Origin: Prasinococcaceae sp. CCMP 1430
Lineage: Eukaryota; Plantae; Prasinodermophyta
Assembly: GCA_013416795.1 (NCBI GenBank)
Contig: RQSC01000025.1
Coordinates: forward strand, 346,858 to 410,857
Direction: 5' to 3'
Length of the DNA: 64,000 bases
Of the stretch, positions 42,901 through 52,004 are shown piece after piece. Both the position numbers and the translations under genes were made by a program. The notes below the pieces were generated by a model. That model saw only the letters and a program-made list of their open reading frames with translations. It made no database searches and was not told where the DNA came from. How positions within the stretch are numbered: the stretch's first letter is position 1; each line of letters opens with the position of its first letter.

Positions 42901-43428
42901 TGTGCTCGATGTTTGAGCTTTCAGAGCAGACTTGCCACGCACTGGTGAGCAAGGCCATGCTCAGCGGCGAACTGCATGCCAGCTGGGATCAGCCCACGCG
43001 CTCCATCGTCATGCACAACATCGAGCCGACGCGGCTGCAGCGCATGGCCTTGCAGCTGTCGGAGAAGGTCCAGCAGCTGGCTGAGGCCAACGAGCGCGCC
43101 GCGGACGCGCAGGGCGGCATGCGCATGGAGGGGATGGACGGCGACGACGATGGCGATCGCCGTGGTGGTGGTCGCGGCCGCGGCCGCGGCCGCGGCCGGG
43201 ACGGCGGCCGCGGCCACGAGCGCGCGCAGGGCGGGCGGCCTGTGGTGCTCGTTGGCATCTCGCTTGGGGCGTGGGGGGTTCGGCGGCGGCTACGGCGGCG
43301 GCGGGCGCGGGCGCGAGGACCGCTTCGGCCGTGAGCGCTACGGCTACAGCAGCGTGGGCGCGTTCGGATACGCCGATCGCTCGAGCCGCTACCAGGACTC
43401 GGCCGCGCGCGTGCCTGTCGGGCACTGA
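39955..43428 (+). CDS. EIF3C: Translation initiation factor 3 subunit C; exons 39955-40239 and 40908-end; probable 1-nt indel near 43266-43270
   Basis: Acidic/Ser N-terminus, VVRSAKDKRF, spliced NNDWIALL|GGFDKM, RGKKGVDRQEQV, ILFNRAIAQLG, QMPFHMHINLELLE, GPPENVRD and a PCI domain. The frame from exon 2 stops at 43334; the RG-rich tail ending at 43428 is in another frame. Confidence 0.95.
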
Positions 43429-43675
43429 ACGGACTTGCGCCCGTAGGCGACGTTCGGGGGGGATCACGGGCGCGGCCTCGGTCAGTCTGATGGCGCGCAC
43501 GACGATTTAACTATTCTAATTATCGTCCCACCGCCACAGCGAGCTCCGTCTGGCTGGCTGCGACGCGCGTCTGCGCTGCACACCAGGTAGCGGGCCTTGC
43601 TCCTCATGCGAGTTCGTTTCGCTGTCGGTCGCCTCGCTGCGTGTGTTGGGTGCCTGTGCGTTTTTATTAACCCGG

Positions 43676-43870
43676 GTACGTACTTGGGTACCTACCAAGA
43701 TACCAGGACTGTTACCCATCACCTGGCATGTCCCCTGGTTATGTAGCCAGGTTGTACCCTGGGACGGTAGTCTTTTTTTTTTTTTGGTCGCCGTGTTGTT
43801 AGCCTTCCTCTCTTCGGCGCCGCCGGCCCTCAGGAATGCCACGCCCGGGTACTTCGAAGACCTCGGGTAC
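43676..43870. promoter_or_regulatory. Second cluster of six GTAC motifs (mostly GGGTAC) in an intergenic island
   Basis: GTAC at 43676, 43680, 43688, 43754, 43849 and 43867. Shares CCTGGCATG and T-run+GGTC words with the 13171-13291 island. Confidence 0.4.
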
Positions 43871-44239
43871 AAGACTCCGAAGCAGTATTCCGTATTTTAT
43901 CACACTAGAGTTCGCATTCGAGACTCCCGTTTACGCGCAATCACGCGCGCACTGCCGTCGAAAACGACGGCAAGACGGCCGAAATTCAAGGCGCGATTTA
44001 CCGAGAGGGGCGCGGCGAGCGGGCGGGGGCGGCAGCCGGTGCAGGGGAGCGGCAGAGGGGCGCGGGGCACAGCTGCGCAGCACAGCTGCAGCAGCAGCCA
44101 CACCGCCACCAGCGGCAGCAGGTGAAGCAGGCGCGCGGGCTTGCGGCCGAGTTGGCGGCAAAGAGAACAGGGCTCCCGCGGGAACGCCACCGACCGCGTG
44201 GCGGCGGCGGCAGGGCGGGCGGCGGGCCGCAGCGGCACG

Positions 44240-45226
44240 ATGAGCGATCACAGCCAAATGAGCTTCGTGCCGCCACGCACACGGCCGATGATCCGGGAGT
44301 CGCACGTCGCCGGATGGGGTGGGGGCAGGTCGTCCGTGGACATCTTCATGCACAATGAGCACGTGCGCAGCGCGCCGGGCGTGGCCGCGCGTGTCGAGCA
44401 GGAGACGCGCACAGCGCGGCCCGGCACGGCGAGTGGCGCACGCCGCACAGCCGCGCCTTTCGCGACGCACACTGCAGGCGGCAACGAGTGTGTGCCAGGC
44501 AACCACGCGAGCGGCCACCGCGGGAGAGATCCGGACCGCAACACAAGCTTTGAAATGAATGAAGTGCTGGCTGGTCGGCATACGAACGACGCCGAGCACC
44601 ACGCAAAGCGCCACTTCGACGAGCAAGCATGGGGCGCACACATCGGCTCGGGTATGCTGCCCCAAAATGGTTGCGAGGCAGTCGAGCGCCAAGGCCGCGC
44701 ACGCGTGGAGGGCCCGTGGGTACCACAGTCTGATAGCATCGTCATGGGCGAAAATGGCTTCATGGGCTCACCCGACCGCCGCCCGGCCACAGCGTCGAGG
44801 CTCGACCCTTCTATGCGCGGCACACCGGCAGGCGTGCCGCTGCAACGGCCAGGCGAGGCATCCCGCGCGCCATTCGGTCGCGATGATCAACCCCACGACA
44901 ACGCAGCGGCTATCGCCGCGCGCCGCAAGCAGCAGGCCTTCGCCACCTCACCACAGCTCTTCGTGCAGGGCTCCCGACGCAGCCCGGACGCGTTGAACAT
45001 CTTCCATGTCTCCGAGCAGAAGCAGCGCGAGCTGACCGGCACGCGCAGCCTAACAGACGCGGAGCAGACGTTCCGGCCTGGCCGTGGCGTCACCGAGAGC
45101 ATGCGCAATAACATGCGTGGCAGCGGTGACGTCATCGGGGGGGAGCAATCGCCGCCGGACAGGCTACCCGGGGGGGTCAAGCTGGGGGGGCAGAGCAGCC
45201 GGGCCTCGCAGATCGTGCTCGGCTGA
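44240..45226 (+). CDS. Hypothetical disordered protein, 328 aa
   Basis: ATG 44240 (MSDHSQMSF) to TGA 45226. Contains GGGRSSVDIF near the N-terminus and ends PGGVKLGGQSSRASQIVLG. No confident domain. Confidence 0.65.
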   Translation: MSDHSQMSFVPPRTRPMIRESHVAGWGGGRSSVDIFMHNEHVRSAPGVAARVEQETRTARPGTASGARRTAAPFATHTAGGNECVPGNHASGHRGRDPDRNTSFEMNEVLAGRHTNDAEHHAKRHFDEQAWGAHIGSGMLPQNGCEAVERQGRARVEGPWVPQSDSIVMGENGFMGSPDRRPATASRLDPSMRGTPAGVPLQRPGEASRAPFGRDDQPHDNAAAIAARRKQQAFATSPQLFVQGSRRSPDALNIFHVSEQKQRELTGTRSLTDAEQTFRPGRGVTESMRNNMRGSGDVIGGEQSPPDRLPGGVKLGGQSSRASQIVLG

Positions 45227-45439
45227 TGCGCGCGCTTCACGGCGGCTGGCCAGCCACAACCGCCAAGCGCGGCTCGCGCCGGGCCCACCACACATAGAAC
45301 TGTAGAGAGAATGCCTGCATGAGCTCGAGGCTCTCCCATCCTGCGGGTGTACTGTGAACAGTGAGTGGCCTTACAAGAGCCCCAAAAGGAGGTGTGAGAG
45401 CGCCGCGAGCAGACAGACAGGCAGCGCGGGACGGCACGC

Positions 45440-45850
45440 CTACCTGTCTCCGCCCTGACCGAGGCCGACGAGCGCCTTGATGAGGCCGCTGCCAGCTGCG
45501 CCTGGCGCTGCGCCACCGCACTCAGTTTCGAGCTTGAGCACGAGCTGTTTGAGCCTGCGGTCGCCCTCGTCGTGCTCGCGGCCGGCACGCGCCTCGGAAG
45601 CCTCCGCCCTTTCGACGCCCTCAGCGCGCGGTATCTTGGTGAGCACACCGTTCGGGAGCGCGCACCACACACGGCGCCCTTCAGCGTTCGTCATCTTGCG
45701 CAGCTCGCGTGTGGCGCGGCGGGCTCCCTGCCGTGCCTCATCGCGCGACACCTGAGCAGCACGCTCAAGCGCCACATCGGCACCAATTGCCTCCGCCTTG
45801 GCAATAGCCTGTCGGAGATTCTCCACCGCCAGTGCCTGCGACGTCGCCAT
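45440..45850 (-). CDS. PDRG1: PDRG1-like prefoldin-beta-type protein, 136 aa
   Basis: The two-helix pattern with a central beta hairpin (RRATRELRK...VWCALPNGVLTKIP...RRLKQLVLKLE) and the C-terminal GSGLIKALVGL resemble plant/animal PDRG1. Recognition is from memory of the family. Confidence 0.6.
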   Translation of the reverse strand: MATSQALAVENLRQAIAKAEAIGADVALERAAQVSRDEARQGARRATRELRKMTNAEGRRVWCALPNGVLTKIPRAEGVERAEASEARAGREHDEGDRRLKQLVLKLETECGGAAPGAAGSGLIKALVGLGQGGDR

Positions 45851-46419
45851 CACCGGCAGTTGCCCCGCGCCAGCTGTGCTTTCTCCGCGAGTTGCCGCCA
45901 GCGACTGCCGCCAATGATTACGCAAACGGCGCGGGCTTACTCCAGCAGCAAGGGCGCCGTGTGCGTGAGTTTGGGCCCACGAAGAGACGGTTGCCACCAG
46001 CAGCAGCCGCCTGTGACCACCGCTGCCGCTCGTGCTCACGGCTGCGGCCAACGGCTGCCAGCGCAGGCCCGCGCCTTTCGCGCGGCCGCCCCGCCCAATA
46101 CCTGTAGCGAATGGACGCACACCGTCCAACCAGCACGCCCACCAGCCTCCTGTCTATCGTGATGTCGGCGGGCCAGTAGGCAGGCGCGCGGGCTGGCGGA
46201 GGCGCACGCCGGGCGGTGGGTGTGTTGGTGGGCGAGAGCGTTGCGTGCCGACGGGCGGGCGGGCGGGCGCGTGCACAGCCGCGTGCGCTTTTTTCGGTTC
46301 GCCGGGTTTGGGGTGTGGCGTTTGGCGGCTGCCTGCCCAGGCTGCCACAGCGCGCGCGGCCAGCACGCCCGCGCTCCTCCCCCCCACACACACGCACACA
46401 CGCTCCTCCCCCCGCGGCG

Positions 46420-46547
46420 ATGGGGGAAGGCACCGCGGGCGAGATGGCGCCCGCGGGCGGGGCGGGCGGCATGGACGTCGACGGCGCTGCGTCCCCGGCA
46501 GCGGGGGCCGAGCGCGAGCCGGCGCCCGAGGCCGCGCTCGGCGGAGG

Positions 46548-46583
<36 letters not shown>

Positions 46584-49343
46584 GGACTTCGACGAGGGGG
46601 CGTTCGATGGGCTGGACGGGGACGAAGAGGAGGCGAGGTTTCCGCTCCACGCTGCTGTGGAGGTGCGCGCGCGTCGACGCACGCGTGCGGGGGTGTGGGG
46701 GGCGGGGCGCTCCCTATCGCGCCGGGTGGGCGCCGCGGGCGCCTAGGTTTCTCGCATCTTGCGCATGTGCCTTGCAGCGCGCGTCCGCGTGCTGATCCGC
46801 GGTCCCATCCCTCCGCGCTCCGCCGACGCTGCTGCGCCCGAGCGCAGGCTGGCGATGCCGGGGCTATCGCCGAGCTCCTCGCGACACCGGCCCCGCCGCC
46901 GGTGGACCACGCCGCGATTGCCGCGCGCGTCGCCGCGGCCGGCGCGGACGCCCCGGAGGGCCTCGCCGAGTTCCTGACGCAGCGCGCGATCGAGGAGGCG
47001 GCCGAGGCCGTCAAGGGCCCGGACGCCGACAAGCGCGACGACGAGTACCTGAATACGACTGCGCTGCAGCTCGCGCTGCTGCGCCGCGACGCCGCGTGCG
47101 CCGCGGCGCTGCTCGACGGTGGCGCCGATGTGACGATGCGCCTGGAGGGGCTGCCCGCGCTCCACGTGGCCGTCGCCGCGGCATCACTGCCTGTCGACAA
47201 CGGCGGCGTGGCCGCGGGCGACCAAATCGCGTGCGTGAAGCTCCTGCTGGAGCGCGGGGAGAGCGCCTCGGGGTGCGACGACCACGGGCGGTTGCCCCTG
47301 CACATCGCCGCCGCCGCTGGGCTGCCCGACGCTGTCGGGGTGCTCCTGGCCGCGCACGAGGCCCAGGAAGGCGAGAGCGGCTCGCTCGCCGATGCGCTGG
47401 TGGCGGCCGACCGCGAGGGAAACACACCGCTGCACGTCGCGGCGTATGCGAGCTTTTTGGACGCGGGCGATTCTCTGAAGCGCATGCTGGCCAGGGTCAG
47501 CGCACCCAGCGACGCGCAAGCTGCGGCGGGCTCGGGCGCTGACGACGTGCACGCCTTGCTCCGTCAGAACAAGGCCGGGCAGACGCCACTCCACGCCGCG
47601 CAGCTCACTGGCGTCGCGGAGTGTGTCGACGCGCTGCTGTCGGCGCCTGGAGGTGCCGCCGCGGAGAGCGCCAAGGATGCGCGCGGGCGCACGCCCGCGC
47701 AATGTGCCCCTCAGGCCGCCACCGCCGTTGGTGGTACTCCGCCGACGCTGATCGTGTCGAGCGAGGTGTGCGCAAACCACCACACGGTGATGCCTCCGCC
47801 GGAGCGCGAGATGGCCGAGGATACGCCGCCCGAGAACGTGCTGCGGTACGGAGTGGTCGCGGGCGAGCGCGGGGTGCTACGCACGTCCCCGTTCGGGGGC
47901 GCACAGTGGGCGGAGGCGCCGCGCGCGGCGCTCGCGGACGTGCTGCGCGTGCACGATTGGAACTACGTACAGAAGCTGCGCGCCGCGTGCGCGAGTGCGA
48001 GCGACGGTGACGGCATCATGCCCGCCCGGTGCGCCGACTTGGACTCGGACACCGCCGTCAGCCGTGAGTCGGCTGAGGCCGCGCTGCACGCAGTGGGTGG
48101 GACCATCGCCGCGGTGGACGCAGTGCTCACGGGCAAGGCCCCCAATGCCTTCGTCGTGGCGCGCCCGCCCGGTCACCACGCGGGACCCAAGGGCGTGGTC
48201 ACGAACGTGAACGACCCGTACGGCTCGCACGGCTTCTGCCTGCTCAACAATGTGGCGTGCGGCGCGGCGTACGCGCTGTGCTGCCACCGCGCGTCGGGTG
48301 TGCGCAAGGTCGCCTTGCTGGACTTTGACGTGCACCACGGCAACGGCACGCAGGCGTGCGTGGCCGCCGTCATGCCGCAGCGCCACCGCCACAAGATGAG
48401 CGTGCCTGACTTTGGCCCGGACGTGAGTGTGTCGTGGGAGACCTTCAAGCCATGGGTGGACGAGGGCGACGAGGAGCGCGTCTTCTTCGCCAGCGTGCAG
48501 GGCTTCGGCCCGAGGGATCCAGAAGCCGGGCCTGAGGGTGGGTTCGTCTATCCGGGCAGCGGATCGACGGCTGCGCTCTTGCCGGAGGCCTTGCGCGAGC
48601 CCGAGCGCGACAGCATGCCCTCGTGGCAGCAGCTGGCATTCGACCCCAACGAGGCGCGCGAGAGCGCGCCCAAGCCTCAGCCGCCGGCGCATGCGCCGCC
48701 GCGCATGGTCAACGTGGGCATCCCCGGCCCCGGCCGCAAGTCACGCCTGTGGCGCAAGGCTTGGCGCGACCACGTGCTGCCGGCGCTGGCGGCGTTCGAC
48801 CCTGACGCCATATTTATCAGCGCGGGCTTTGACGCCCACCGCAAGGACGCCATGAACTGCAATTACGTCGGGCTGGACGACGAGGACTACGCGTGGGTCA
48901 CGCACGAGATCCTCAAGGTGGCCAACAAGTGCTGCGACGGGCGCGTGGTGTCGGTGCTCGAGGGCGGCTACCGCATCCAGGGCGAGCTGGTGAGCCCATT
49001 CGCGCGCAGCGTGGCGTCGCACGTTGGCGCGCTCATGCACCCCGCGGGACGACACGAGCGCTGGAGCGAGGCTGATGCGGCCGCCGACCGCGAGAAGGAG
49101 GCGCGCGAGGCCGAGGCAAGGCGCGCCCGCAAAGAGGCCGCGCAGGCGGAGGCGGCGGCGCTCGCCGCCGACGCCAACGCCAACGGTGGGGCGTCGGCCG
49201 ATGCCGGCGGCACCAAGCGCGCGCTCGAAGGCGAGCCAGAGGAGGCACCACCCAGTGGCCGGCGGCGCAGGGGTGGCGCGCCCGTCGACTACGTCGCGCT
49301 TGCCAAGAAGCTCGACGAGGAGAGGCAGCAGCAACAAGAGTAG
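46420..49343 (+). CDS. Ankyrin-repeat / class II-like histone deacetylase fusion; exons 46420-46662 and 46848-49343
   Basis: Ankyrins (FPLHAAVE|AGD, TALQLA, PALHVAV, GRLPLHIAA, GNTPLHVAA, GQTPLHAA) followed by HDAC motifs RPPGHHA, HGFCLLNNVA, DFDVHHGNGT, SAGFDAH and VLEGGY. Confidence 0.92.
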
Positions 49344-49503
49344 TGAGGCGCGAGCGGCGGGCGGCAGCGCGCTGCCGCTCCTAGTAATACCAGTAGCGAC
49401 AGCGAGACCACAAGCTCGGGGGGGCGCTGTGAGCGGGCGCCGGTGGTCGAAAGAAGAATGGCTCAAAAATGTCGCGCGCTCGTGCGCCGGCGCGCCGCGG
49501 CGC

Positions 49504-50201
49504 TCACAGCGTGCCCCTCAGCCGATGCCACCACATCCGCGCCTGCCCGCGCACGTCCCCCTGACTGCATGTCAGGGCGCTGTGGTACAGGTCGAAATTG
49601 GCCGCCTCGAGCGCCTGGAGGTGCGCGTCGGCGCTCACCGCCGGCAGCAGCGCACGGCGCGCGGGCTCGGGCAGCGCAGACGCGAGCTCGCGTGCGTGGT
49701 CCAGGTGCTGCTTGGCGGCGGTGGCCACCTCGAGCGCCACGTCTGCCAGTGCCTCGGCCGCGCGCTCGCCCGCGCGCTCGCCGCGGTAGATGTCCTCGGC
49801 GCTCAGCCCGTGGCGCGCCGCCACGTCTGCGGGGATGAACGTGCGGCGCTTGGGCGCCAGCACTGGTGTGGCACGAAGCGCGAGGGCGAGCCCCGCCGCC
49901 TTGCCCACGTGGGACGCCGCGTGGTCCGCCTGCGAGTCGCGCACGCCGCACGCCTCGAGCGTGAGGTACAGCACGCTGCTCTGCGTGGCTTCGGCATAGT
50001 CCTCGAGGTGGCGCAGCGTCGACGGCTGGCGGCCGTCCGCCGCGTCGTCTGCTCGCGCGTTGATCAGACGCGAGAGGAACAGTTTGCTCAGCTGCATGCG
50101 GCTGCACACCTGTGCGAGGCTCGCCACCACCGGGTGCGTGCTCGCGATCGACGCCCCGCCCTGCATGCGGTTGTGGGAGTGTGTGCGTGTGTGTGTGTGA
50201 T

Positions 50202-50232
<31 letters not shown>

Positions 50233-50655
50233 GAGGGGGGGCGTCAGCACCTGCAGCTGCCTGCGCGTTGTGCCCAAGTTGAGAACTCACGGAACGAGGG
50301 AAGAAGGCGGTGGGGAGTGAGGGTGGGAGGGAACGAGGGCGTACGCAGGCGGGTGGGTATGCGGCGGGCGCCCTCACCCCCCCTGCCCCCTCCGCTGGCG
50401 ACGCGCGCGCGAGCAGCCTCCCCGAATGCGCCTCGCCGACCGACCGGCGCCACCAGTCGAAGCGCGCGGCCGCCGCGGGCGCAGACGGCGCCGCGTCGGC
50501 GACGGTGGCAACCTCCGCGTTGAGCGCACGCACGGCCGTCGCGGCGACGCGCGCGCGGGGATCCGCCAGGTGCCACACCGCCAGGTGGCCCTCGTAGTCC
50601 CTCGCCCGCACGAGCTTGGCGCAGTAGTCGTACGCGTCGCGCGCCGAGCCGCGGC

Positions 50656-50708
<53 letters not shown>

Positions 50709-50761
50709 GCAGCCGCGCGCGCGCCGATGAACGCAGCGGAGCGCAGCAGCGCAGCGCACAT
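49504..50761 (-). CDS. NDUFAF6: Complex I assembly factor NDUFAF6 (squalene/phytoene synthase fold); exons 50761-50378 and 50160-49504
   Basis: YDYCAKLVRARDYEGHL, ALNAEVA, RFDWWR, HPVVASL, LEDYAEATQSSVLYL, ADHAASHVGKAAGL, FIPADV. The N-terminus is interrupted by an (AC)n tract, so the true start is uncertain. Confidence 0.88.
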
Positions 50762-50811
50762 CCGGAATATCTGCCGGCGCCGGCGTTGGAGGTCGACCGG
50801 GGGTTAGGGGT

Positions 50812-51550
50812 ATGACACTTAAGGGTAGGTTTTACAAATGCTCAGGCCCGGCCCAATCCACTTTCGGAGGCGCGCTCGCAAGCACTAACAATGGCACCTC
50901 GGACGGCGTTCGAGGTGCTCTACACAAACCAGGTTGTGGCTTTATTGCGGCAAGACACAAGCTGACGGGGGGCCCGCTATCATCAGCGGTCGCGGCCTGG
51001 GCACTAATGCCCAACCCCACCGTGCCGGCCATGTTCAAGCTAATACGCATGCTAGGTGTGGGCGCGGCCACGCTTGTCGAGTGCATTGCTAACGATGACA
51101 CCCTCACCGATGTTGTCAGCGTGGCGTGGAGCCGGCCGCTGCCTAGCACGGCCCAAGCAAGGCCGGTGTTCGCTGGAGCTCGTCCAGTGCATAGAGGTGG
51201 TCACCGGCCCTCACGGCACCATCCCAGGCAAGGACTTGGCGATCCAAGTCTACGAGCACGATGAGGCGATATCCTTTGCCAACCTAGCAAGTGCCTACGA
51301 CAAGTTTGGGCGGGACCAAGGGGAGCTAAGGATGAACTTCCCGGAGACGGTCATCGAGATACAGGCTTACAAGTACGTGAGGTTGGGGACCCGCCTCGCG
51401 GGTGACGGTCATGTCATGCTGCTTTCCGTCCGCACCGTAATACACGATCAGGACCGGCGCGGCACCATACTGCATGAGGTCCTCGTCGGCGAGGTTGGGG
51501 TTGCGGTGTGCAGGGGGTGGGCCTGCCGCTTGCTGTGGGGGACATATTGA
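50812..51550. pseudogene. Compositionally distinct about 0.75-kb island with broken reading frames; possible decayed gene or element
   Basis: Lacks the (GC)n runs of its flanks. Plus-strand frames 50812-51264 and 51056-51550 overlap out of frame, and a protein-like minus frame is broken by TAG stops. No family recognised. Confidence 0.3.
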
Positions 51551-52004
51551 ATTCGTGTGCCGAATCCCACCGCGAGGAGCCTTCGTCGTTCCGACCCGGC
51601 TCCGTTCCGCCGACCTCCCATCCCCTCGCATTGTGTCAATCAACGGAAAGTCGATGTCGGCAAATTCCGCGTGGCTACACATGAGCGCACGCCGCGAGCC
51701 GCGAAATCGAAACGCGCGCCGAAAAAACACGCCGCGAGTGTGCGCGCGCGCGCCGCGTCAGCTGTTCGCACGTCACATTCCCTTGCAGCCGCAGGCGCAG
51801 GTCAAAACGCATTACGCGCGCGCCCGCGTCGCCGCTGCGGGCTGTTGGCTGTTGCTGTTGGCGTTGGCGCGTCGCGGGGCGCCGCCGTGCGCCACAGCGC
51901 CCCGCCGCCGCGCGCCCGGTGCCGCGGGAGAGTGCTCGGCGAGGGGGCGACCTCCCCGCCGGACTAGGGCTCGGAGGCGGAGGCGCGCCTGCCAAGTGGC
52001 GGCG

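Noticed and set aside
50657-50704. CVCVCV repeat in NDUFAF6, and other (AC/GT)n, (GA)n and poly-G tracts (about 20609, 38548-38608, 39182-39220, 50202-50230)
   Set aside because: Ordinary microsatellites or homopolymers, probably intronic, in UTRs, or length-inflated in assembly; not protein features.
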